This document shows, one piece after another, positions 1 to 8,505 of a stretch of DNA of 64,000 nt. Below the pieces are notes generated by a model that worked only from the letters and a program-made list of their open reading frames with translations, searched no databases and had not been told where the DNA came from. The position numbers were made by a program, and so were the translations under genes. Origin of the DNA: Candidatus Gastranaerophilales bacterium (GTDB taxonomy: Bacteria; Cyanobacteriota; Vampirovibrionia; Gastranaerophilales; Gastranaerophilaceae). The stretch is taken from positions 19,950 to 83,949 of the forward strand of contig CALUTL010000006.1 of assembly GCA_944323655.1 (NCBI GenBank), read 5' to 3'. Every line of letters starts with the position of its first letter. Within the stretch, counting starts at the first letter, position 1.

Positions 1-640
1 ATTCCCTTACCTGTGCGTTTTGCTCAAGAAGTTTTACCGTCAGCATTAGCATATCGTCAAAATCTATTGCATTATTGTTGTTTAGGGTATTTTCATATTC
101 TTCGTAAATTGATGCGATTTTTTGGGATTTGAAATCTCTTGCAAAGGTTGCGTAAGTATAAGCATCCTGCATTTTGTTCTTTGCGTTTGAAATAATTGTT
201 TTTACAAGCTTTGGCGCATAAACTTTATCGTCAAGGTTAAGCTTTTTTATTGCCTGCTTAATTACCGCAGTGCTGTCGGTTTCGTCGTAAATAGAGAAGT
301 TTTTGTCTAATCTTTTGCCGGATTGGAAGTTGTAATTATCTATGTTTTCTCTCAAAATTCTTCCGCAAATCCCGTGAAATGTCCCAACCCACATATATTT
401 AACGGTGTTTTCACCTAAAATATTTCCGAGTCGTTCTTTCATTTCTTTTGCGGCTTTGTTGGTAAATGTTACGGCTAAAATGTCCTTAGGACGCACTCCC
501 TGACGCACAAGATACGCAATCCTTGTTGTCAGAACTTTTGTCTTGCCGCTGCCGGCTCCTGCCAGTATCAATAGCGGACCTTTGACCGTTTGAACAGCCT
601 CTTTCTGCTCCTTGTTAAGATTCTCAAGTAGATTTTCCAT
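1..640 (-). CDS. UvrD/PcrA-family SF1 DNA helicase, N-terminal part (gene runs off the window start)
   Basis: Reverse-strand translation from ATG (640-638) reads MENLLENLNKEQKEAVQTVKGPLLILAGAGSGKTKVLTTRIAYL...ILAVTFTNKAAKEMKER. This contains the Walker A and motif Ia typical of UvrD/PcrA. The frame stays open to position 1. Confidence 0.9.
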   Translation of the reverse strand, partial: MENLLENLNKEQKEAVQTVKGPLLILAGAGSGKTKVLTTRIAYLVRQGVRPKDILAVTFTNKAAKEMKERLGNILGENTVKYMWVGTFHGICGRILRENIDNYNFQSGKRLDKNFSIYDETDSTAVIKQAIKKLNLDDKVYAPKLVKTIISNAKNKMQDAYTYATFARDFKSQKIASIYEEYENTLNNNNAIDFDDMLMLTVKLLEQNAQVRE

Positions 641-736
641 ACTCCCCTATTCCCAAAATTAAATTTTTGTGTTATAATCAGCATACTTGAAAAAAATATT
701 TATTGCAATTGTGATTTTATACAGAAGGTAGGAAAA

Positions 737-1330
737 ATGGCAGATGTAGAAGAAATTTTATTGGACGCAGGCGAAAAAAGCAATGATGAACAACCCTCGA
801 TTATGGTGCCGATTGATGATATGGATACCGTGAAAGTTGATTCTCCTAATACAGTTGATGAATTAGCTCAAGAACTTGCGACAATAAGACAGTCTGCTAA
901 AAAAATTGCTATTATCGGCAGCCGTAACCTTCCGATTACACATCAGCAAATGATTGAAACCCTTGCAACCGCTCTTGTTCGTCAGGGTAATACAATTATT
1001 ACTTCCGGAGGTTCCTCAGGTACTAACGCCGCTGCTATTAGAGGCGCTATGAAGGCTAACCCCGATAAATTAAAGGTTATTCTTCCCCAAACTATCGGAC
1101 AACAGCCCAGCGACGTGCAAGATCAGCTTATCGGGGTTCCGAATATCATTGAACACGCTGATCGAGCTATGATGACTTTGGCTGATGCTTCAAGAGTATG
1201 CAACAGAGAGATTATCGACGATTGCAACCAGTTGATATGCTTCCTCTCTCATACAAGTAAAACCCTTCATAATGCAGTTCAGTACGCTGAAGAAGGTCAT
1301 AAAGTTATTACGGTTTTCTATTTAGACTAG
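737..1330 (+). CDS. DprA/Smf-like (SLOG-type Rossmann) protein
   Basis: 197-aa ORF. The core IAIIGSRNLP...IITSGGSSGTNAAAIRGA resembles the GSR...SG.A.G.D core of the DprA family. A purine-rich SD (AAGGTAGGA) precedes the ATG. Confidence 0.5.
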   Translation: MADVEEILLDAGEKSNDEQPSIMVPIDDMDTVKVDSPNTVDELAQELATIRQSAKKIAIIGSRNLPITHQQMIETLATALVRQGNTIITSGGSSGTNAAAIRGAMKANPDKLKVILPQTIGQQPSDVQDQLIGVPNIIEHADRAMMTLADASRVCNREIIDDCNQLICFLSHTSKTLHNAVQYAEEGHKVITVFYLD

Positions 1331-1485
1331 ACAGAGTTTTACGGTTCTGTTTGTATATAAGGACAAGTTTTCAGCAGGGTTAAAGTTCAACCAGGCTTGT
1401 CTGTTTGTTGGCGGATTGGTAAATCCGGCCTGCCAGCTGTTGTATTTCGTTGAATGTTGAATTGGAACCTTGCTTTTAATCAGTT

Positions 1486-1701
1486 TTATATCTTTTCAAA
1501 TTCAAGTAAAAACTCAGCCGGTGTCTGCTCAAAGACAGATGCAATATCTTTAATAATGTTAATTTTAATCCCCTGTTTCTGGTTTTCAATTCTTGAAAGA
1601 ATTGCAGGATCAATCCCTGCAGTATTTGCAAGTTTATTTAAAGATAAACCTGCTTTTTCTCTTTTAAGTTTTATAAATTTTCCAAGGTTATCATATTGCA
1701 T
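1486..1701 (-). CDS. XRE-family helix-turn-helix regulator
   Basis: MQYDNLGKFIKLKREKAGLSLNKLANTAGIDPAILSRIENQKQ is a classic Cro/C1-type HTH. The internal Met at 1701 is preferred over the track start at 1737, but the start is uncertain. Confidence 0.7.
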   Translation of the reverse strand: MQYDNLGKFIKLKREKAGLSLNKLANTAGIDPAILSRIENQKQGIKINIIKDIASVFEQTPAEFLLEFEKI

Positions 1702-1782
1702 TATTGTTATTATGCAATACAATAAATATAAAATCATTGAGATTTCTCAATGAAAATTAAATAAATTATTTTGGAGAAATTT

Positions 1783-2124
1783 ATGACAGAAAGTATTACA
1801 GGAACCGCCTACGAAGAAATTAAAAAAAGATACAAACGGTTTTTTGACGTAAATTATCTTAAATTAAGATCTTTCAGTTATGTTCAGAAGAGGATTTTTA
1901 CAGATTTCGGTCCGCAGTATGTTGTGTCTGTTCTTATGTTTCAGCTTGCGGCTGAAGTCGCGCTGTTTATCAAATATTCTCCTGAAATTTTCGATAAATA
2001 CTCACGTCAGGATAGAAATGACCTGAAAAATTTCCTCAAAAACATGCGGCAGGTAACTTCGCACATAAACAAAATAAACATTGCTCTTGACAACATAAGC
2101 GGATTAATTGAAAAAGGTATGTAG
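1783..2124 (+). CDS. hypothetical protein
   Basis: ORF with GGAG 6 nt upstream of ATG 1783 (the track start 1771 is TTG). It is divergent from the XRE gene. No family recognised. Confidence 0.5.
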   Translation: MTESITGTAYEEIKKRYKRFFDVNYLKLRSFSYVQKRIFTDFGPQYVVSVLMFQLAAEVALFIKYSPEIFDKYSRQDRNDLKNFLKNMRQVTSHINKINIALDNISGLIEKGM

Positions 2125-2188
2125 TTTGTCGGTATAAGGCTGCGTTGATAATAGAAATATATGACGTTTCTGCGCATCTCCGGCGGGG

Positions 2189-2216
2189 TTGAAATTTAAG
2201 AAAAATAAGTTATAAT
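2189..2216 (+). promoter_or_regulatory. near-consensus sigma70-type promoter (TTGAAA-16 nt-TATAAT)
   Basis: TTGAAA at 2189-2194, a 16-nt spacer, and TATAAT at 2211-2216, read directly from the sequence. It would start a short transcript ending at the hairpin at 2278-2317. Confidence 0.4.
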
Positions 2217-2222
2217 AAAAAA

Positions 2223-2317
2223 TAAGGGCGGAGCAAGTTCCACCTTGCCCCTTTTAAAGCCCTGTCAGAGTAGTTTAAGCGCTAATATAATAAGTAATAT
2301 TATTATTAGCGCTTTTT
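2223..2317 (+). ncRNA. candidate ~95-nt antisense sRNA (putative type I antitoxin)
   Basis: Bounded by the promoter at 2189-2216 and an intrinsic terminator (stem AGCGCTAATA 2278-2287 / TATTAGCGCT 2304-2313, then TTTTT). It is fully complementary to the 3' part and terminator of the minus-strand mini-ORF at 2265-2336. Confidence 0.35.
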
Positions 2318-2336
2318 CGCTTATCGCGAAAGTCAC
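2265..2336 (-). CDS. candidate 23-aa hydrophobic peptide (type I toxin-like)
   Basis: AGGAGGTGATAAGA precedes GTG (2336-2334). Translation is (M)TFAISEKALIIILLIILALKLL, with stop TGA at 2267-2265. It is followed on the minus strand by the hairpin GGGGCAAG/CTTGCTCC (2230-2251, one G-U only on the minus strand) and a T-run. It is below the ORF-track size cut-off. Confidence 0.35.
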   Translation of the reverse strand: MTFAISEKALIIILLIILALKLL

Positions 2337-2507
2337 TCTTATCACCTCCTTTCCTGAAAAGTTTGACAAATTTATAGTTTGCGCTTTCCGGAAAAGTTAA
2401 TGTGAATCAGGGCTTGCCCTACGGTGTTATTATACAGAAATTTAATCTCAAGGTCAAATATTTCGGAAATATTATTAAATTTCACGGGCGGGTTTAGTCA
2501 ATAGAAA

Positions 2508-2909
2508 TTATTTTAAAAATACTCTCAAAACTCTGGTTGTAAATTGATTTATCATGTCAGCTTCAGCAGAATTCTGTTTTATGTCGATAATATCGTCTAT
2601 TGTATTGTTGTATTCTAATACGTCATTTTCAGGAGTGATAATAATTTTTTTTATAATTTCTCGGTTTGCCTCTTCTGAAATAAGCAAATTGTTGCCTTCA
2701 CTGCTTATGCTGATTTTATATCTTTTATCTTTAGTCTGCAAAACAGGAGTGGTATCCGGCGGAAATTTGCAGATACAATCCTCATTTAATGCAATCCCGT
2801 TTCGCTGGATACCGGAAAGTTTTTCTCTGATATTCAGGACATATTTTGTGTTGTCGTTGTTAAGAATCTGACCGCCGAAGGCTGGAAACTGTTTAAACGT
2901 AATATTCAT
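2508..2909 (-). CDS. hypothetical protein
   Basis: 133-aa ORF with no recognisable motif. The overlapping plus-strand track ORF at 2554-2871 is low-complexity and judged spurious. Confidence 0.5.
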   Translation of the reverse strand: MNITFKQFPAFGGQILNNDNTKYVLNIREKLSGIQRNGIALNEDCICKFPPDTTPVLQTKDKRYKISISSEGNNLLISEEANREIIKKIIITPENDVLEYNNTIDDIIDIKQNSAEADMINQFTTRVLRVFLK

Positions 2910-2986
2910 TAATTTAATACCTGTATTTATATATTACACCAATATTCGGGAATGACAAATTTTTTTTCTGTGGTATAATTTATTTT

Positions 2987-4159
2987 ATGGTCGATGACTT
3001 AATCAAACAACTTACGGGCAAAAATAAACAGGAATATGAAGCCGCTGCAGCTCATTTGGTTAACGAAGCCGATGAGGAAATGTTTAAGGCTCTTGTTGAA
3101 AAAGACGATTTTTTGTTCGATTTTGTTAAGCAAAATGTCGCTGAAAGAATTGCAAATGTTTTAAATGAAAATAATTACAAGAATCTTTTGTCGTTTTTAA
3201 AGTATTATTCGCCGTCTTATGAGGATGTTATTATCTCAACCCTTGTCAAATTTGCTGATGAAGATTTGACGGACAGAATGCTTGAGATTTTTGAAAACGG
3301 TACAAATTCCGAAAAAACTTATTGCGCCAAGTTTTTTACTTATATTCAAGATCCTTTGTCGATAGATCTTTTAAGAGAAAATGCCAAAACAGATGATGAA
3401 TTTTTGAATGCCAACTGTGCAGCAGCTCTTGGGGCAATGAAGGAGGAAACTTCTTATAACAATGCTATTTCAAATTTAAAATCTGAGGATGAGTTTGAAC
3501 AGCTTAAAGCAGTTAAGTTTTTGACGGCTTACGGAAACCAAAATGCGCTTTATCCGATTATTGAGGCGATGAAAAATTCTACAATGTCTGAAAATATTGC
3601 CGCTGAAATTCCTTATTTGACAGATATTTTCGCAATAATTGAAAATGATCTTGAAAACGGGCTTTTAATTTTAAACAATATTATTAACGGTTTTGGCGAA
3701 ATTATTCCGCTTTCTTCCGTATTTGATTATGAGATGTACGAGATTTTTGAACGATTAATGGTGCATGCAGACGACAGCAAAACCGCTGTTGTGCTTTTGA
3801 ATGCAAATGAAAAATTCGATACTCTGACTGAAAATGATGAATATCTTTACGATGAAGATAAAGATACCAAAAAAGAAATTCTTGATATTAACAAGCTTTT
3901 GAGTCATATAAATAAAAAAGAGCTTTTATGTTTTGTAAATCAAGAGCTTAACGAAAATAGTCCGTTTGTTTATACGGCACTTGATTTTGCGCAGGATATG
4001 TATGCGGTCAGACAACTTTTAAAATGCAACAACCAAACGATTATCGTAAAAACCGCTGAAATTCTTAAAGCTAATAACGAATTGGATGATACTTCCCGTC
4101 AGGTTGCGTTGTTGAAGATTACCGACGAAAATATTAAATCTATTATTCGTGCGCTTTAA
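2987..4159 (+). CDS. hypothetical helical-repeat protein
   Basis: 390-aa acidic ORF that appears alpha-helical and repeat-like (possibly HEAT/ARM-like, a guess only). Ends before a bidirectional terminator. Confidence 0.6.
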   Translation: MVDDLIKQLTGKNKQEYEAAAAHLVNEADEEMFKALVEKDDFLFDFVKQNVAERIANVLNENNYKNLLSFLKYYSPSYEDVIISTLVKFADEDLTDRMLEIFENGTNSEKTYCAKFFTYIQDPLSIDLLRENAKTDDEFLNANCAAALGAMKEETSYNNAISNLKSEDEFEQLKAVKFLTAYGNQNALYPIIEAMKNSTMSENIAAEIPYLTDIFAIIENDLENGLLILNNIINGFGEIIPLSSVFDYEMYEIFERLMVHADDSKTAVVLLNANEKFDTLTENDEYLYDEDKDTKKEILDINKLLSHINKKELLCFVNQELNENSPFVYTALDFAQDMYAVRQLLKCNNQTIIVKTAEILKANNELDDTSRQVALLKITDENIKSIIRAL

Positions 4160-4192
4160 TTTCTTTAAAGTCAGGTTTATACTTGTTTAATT

Positions 4193-4235
4193 AAAAAAAT
4201 ACAACTTCTGCAAAAATGTCGGAAGTTGTATTTTT
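4193..4235. terminator. bidirectional intrinsic terminator between convergent genes
   Basis: Stem ATACAACTTC (4199-4208) / GAAGTTGTAT (4222-4231), flanked by an A-run and a T-run. Confidence 0.7.
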
Positions 4236-4262
4236 AAGTTTGTACTGAATTGTGCTTTTCAA

Positions 4263-5561
<1,299 letters not shown>

Positions 5562-5600
5562 TTACACTTTTGACCTGCTTGTATTTTGACATAAAATCCG

Positions 5601-6989
5601 TTATTCTTCAAGTGACTTTTCCGTTAATTTGAATTTTTCTGCAAAAATAAGTTTTTTTATATTGATAGAGTATCCGATAAATACTACAACCGCTGCCGTA
5701 ACCCAAGCGATAGGTCCGGCATAAAAAATTCCGAAATAATTGAACTTAACCGCCAGATAAACCGCTGCAAAAGCTCTTATCATTAATTCCGTAAATGACG
5801 AAATTAAAGGGATTAAAGGTCTTCCCATTCCCTGAAGTGCATTTCTGAATACGAAAATTTGCGCCAAGAAGAAATAAAATATAGTACTTATTAAAAGATA
5901 ATCGTGTGCAATTTTGATTACGGAGGTTTTGTCGCTTCCGATAAATATTCCGACGATATCTGTACCCCAATATCTCATAACAACTGCCATTAAAAGACTT
6001 AAGATAAGATTAATCATAGAAGTTTTTAAAACCCCATATCTGATACGGTTAATATTTCCGGCACCGAAATTCTGCGCAACAAAAGCAGAAACAGCTACTC
6101 CAAATGATATCATCGGAAGAGTTGCAATCTGTTCAATTCTTAAAGCTGCCGTAAATGCCGCTATTACATCAGCTCCGAAAGTATTGCAGACACTTTGGAT
6201 TATCAAAATGCTTATCCCGAGTACAGAAAACTGTAATGCCATTGGAAGTCCGACATTTAAATGTTCCAAAATAAAATCCATATCTTCTTTTCTGTTTTCT
6301 TTTTTAAACAGCCAGTCATTTTTCGCTAAATGCAATATAGGAAAACGTTTTTTAATATATAACAAGCATAAAATAACGGAAAAAGCTTGTGATATGACTA
6401 CGGCAATTGCAGATCCCGGAACTCCCATATTAAATTTCATAATAAATAAAAGTGCCAATAAAACATTTAAAACCGATGCAACAATCAGAAAATACAAAGG
6501 AGTTTTGCTGTCACCCAGCGCTCTTAAAATACTTGCCAAAAGGTTATAATAGTTTGCAGTCAAAAGCCCGCCGACACAAATTTGAATGTACCAGTAAGCA
6601 TCAGTAAAAATTTCCTCAGGTACATTCATCATAAAAAGTATCGGCTTCATAAGCACAATAAACAAAATAGAGAAAAACACCGTAAATACCGTGCTTAAGA
6701 TCGTAGAAACCGCAACGGATCTTCTGACGCCGCAAACGTCACCGGCTCCGAATTTTTGCCCCGTAATCACTGCAAAACCGTTTGTCATGCCTGCAATAGC
6801 AAACATAATCAGGAAAAATAAAGGCGCAACAGCCCCGACAGAAGCTAAAGCCTTAACTCCCAAAAGTCTTCCGACAATTACGATATCTGCCAGATTATAC
6901 AACTGTTGAAAAACGTTGCCAATTAATAGCGGAATTGAAAACAACAGTATAAGTTTAATTGCAGGTCCTTTTGTTAAATCTTTAATCAT
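5601..6989 (-). CDS. MATE-family efflux transporter
   Basis: 462 aa and polytopic. The N-terminus ...LFSIPLLIGNVFQQLYNLADIVIVGRLLG is typical of MATE/NorM-type pumps, with about 12 hydrophobic segments. Confidence 0.9.
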   Translation of the reverse strand: MIKDLTKGPAIKLILLFSIPLLIGNVFQQLYNLADIVIVGRLLGVKALASVGAVAPLFFLIMFAIAGMTNGFAVITGQKFGAGDVCGVRRSVAVSTILSTVFTVFFSILFIVLMKPILFMMNVPEEIFTDAYWYIQICVGGLLTANYYNLLASILRALGDSKTPLYFLIVASVLNVLLALLFIMKFNMGVPGSAIAVVISQAFSVILCLLYIKKRFPILHLAKNDWLFKKENRKEDMDFILEHLNVGLPMALQFSVLGISILIIQSVCNTFGADVIAAFTAALRIEQIATLPMISFGVAVSAFVAQNFGAGNINRIRYGVLKTSMINLILSLLMAVVMRYWGTDIVGIFIGSDKTSVIKIAHDYLLISTIFYFFLAQIFVFRNALQGMGRPLIPLISSFTELMIRAFAAVYLAVKFNYFGIFYAGPIAWVTAAVVVFIGYSINIKKLIFAEKFKLTEKSLEE

Positions 6990-7032
6990 AATATTTACAC
7001 GGATATTTTCTAATATTATAAATCAAAAATTT

Positions 7033-7347
7033 TTATTTGATTATTTTATAAAGTTGATATAACAATCTTAAATTTTTGTCATTGGATTTTATTTCATCAA
7101 TTAATTCTTCTCGGATAGCAGAAATATTTTTTTGATGTTCAAAATCAAATAAATCCTTTGGTGAAACACCTAATACATCTGCAAGCCGACCGATTTTTTC
7201 AGCTCTTATAAAACTTTTTCCACACTCGATTTTACTTAAATTTCGTTCTGCAATGTCAATTTTTTCAGCAAGTTCTTCCTGAGAAAGTCTTTTTTTTATT
7301 CGTAATTCTTTTATTTTTTTACCAAATAAAGTTTTTATATCATCCAT
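7033..7347 (-). CDS. XRE-family HTH regulator
   Basis: FGKKIKELRIKKRLSQEELAEKIDIAERNLSKIECGK is a Cro/C1 HTH. Confidence 0.8.
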   Translation of the reverse strand: MDDIKTLFGKKIKELRIKKRLSQEELAEKIDIAERNLSKIECGKSFIRAEKIGRLADVLGVSPKDLFDFEHQKNISAIREELIDEIKSNDKNLRLLYQLYKIIK

Positions 7348-7488
7348 AATATTACTTAAAACAAAATATAGTAAAAATTGATTTTTAAATTAACGATATA
7401 AAACATACTTTGTAAATTGACAAAGTATATAAAAAATTGTATTATATGATGTAATAAATTGTTTTAAATAAATTTAAGGATATAAGAG

Positions 7489-8271
7489 ATGGTAAAAGAT
7501 AATAAAAATAAAAAGTCAGGTTTTACAGTAGCGGAAGTTTTAATAACTTTAGGAATAATCGGTATTGTTGCAGCAATGACAATACCACAAGTAATTAATG
7601 GATATAAAGAAAGAGAATACATAACAAAATTAAAAAAATTTTATACAATAATTAACCAAACAATGATGATGGCGATAGAAGATAATGGAAGTATAGAAAA
7701 TTGGGGGTTAGAATTATCAGGCAATTCAGCAGATCCATCTGAAGAAAAACTTGAAAATGATAAAATAATAAGAGAAAGATTTTTTGATATTATAACACCA
7801 TATTTAAATGTATTATACAGGTGTAATGAATTAGAAAAGGAATGCCCATCTTATGCACGAAAATCCCTTGATGGCACTGAATTTAGTAAATTTTCGGAAA
7901 GATTGGTTCTTGTAGATGGAACAATGATTAATTCTGTAACAGTCTTATCTCCAACTTGTGAATTAGAATATGGAACATCCAAAGCTTTAAAAAATGTGTG
8001 TGGTGAATTTTTTGTTGACTTAAACGGGTCAAAACTTCCGAATAAGACAGGTGAAGATGTATTTATTTTTTATTACACAAAATATGGTGTTGTACCTGCT
8101 GGTATGTCTGAGATAACAAAAACAAACAATACCTTTGAATCCTTGTGCAATAAGTCTGTGTCGAATAGATTAAACGGATATGCTTGCACAGCCTGGGTTT
8201 TATTTAATGAAAATATGGACTATTTGCATTGTAATGATTTGTCTTGGAGTGGAAAGAAAAAGTGTAAGTAA
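7489..8271 (+). CDS. prepilin-type N-terminal cleavage/methylation domain protein (type IV pilin / T2SS pseudopilin-like)
   Basis: The N-terminus KKSGFTVAEVLITLGIIGIVAAMTIPQ has the G|F-T-x-x-E motif followed by a hydrophobic helix. Confidence 0.8.
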   Translation: MVKDNKNKKSGFTVAEVLITLGIIGIVAAMTIPQVINGYKEREYITKLKKFYTIINQTMMMAIEDNGSIENWGLELSGNSADPSEEKLENDKIIRERFFDIITPYLNVLYRCNELEKECPSYARKSLDGTEFSKFSERLVLVDGTMINSVTVLSPTCELEYGTSKALKNVCGEFFVDLNGSKLPNKTGEDVFIFYYTKYGVVPAGMSEITKTNNTFESLCNKSVSNRLNGYACTAWVLFNENMDYLHCNDLSWSGKKKCK

Positions 8272-8369
8272 AAGTAATAAATAAAAACACTTGAAAATAA
8301 AAATCCTTTATGCAAAAATGAAACCTGTCAGTTAAAATCTATTTATACTGGCAGGTAAAAATTGAATAA

Positions 8370-8443
8370 GGCTGGGTAGCTCAGTTGGTGAGAGCGCACG
8401 GCTCATACCCGTGAGGTCGAGAGTTCGAATCTCTCCCCAGCTA
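8370..8443 (+). tRNA. tRNA-Met (anticodon CAU; could be tRNA-Ile2 if lysidine-modified)
   Basis: Folded by hand as a cloverleaf: acceptor GGCTGGG/CCCAGCT (G1-U72), D arm GCTC-AGTTGGTGA-GAGC, anticodon arm CACGG-CTCATAC-CCGTG, variable AGGTC, T arm GAGAG-TTCGAAT-CTCTC, discriminator A. No encoded CCA. Confidence 0.85.
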
Positions 8444-8446
8444 TTA

Positions 8447-8482
8447 TAAAAAAGAGTTTCAGGTTAATGAAACTCTTTTTTA
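8447..8482. terminator. bidirectional intrinsic terminator
   Basis: Stem AAGAGTTTC (8452-8460) / GAAACTCTT (8469-8477), flanked by AAAAA and TTTTT. It sits between the tRNA and the convergent hydrolase gene. Confidence 0.75.
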
Positions 8483-8505
8483 TTTTAATTTGTAAATCCA
8501 AATAT

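Noticed and set aside
1331-1485. Possible ncRNA in the hairpin-rich spacer after the DprA-like gene
   Set aside because: The hairpins (ACAGA...TCTGT; GGCGGATT...AATCCGGCC) are adequately explained as terminators between convergent genes. There is no promoter or conserved motif.
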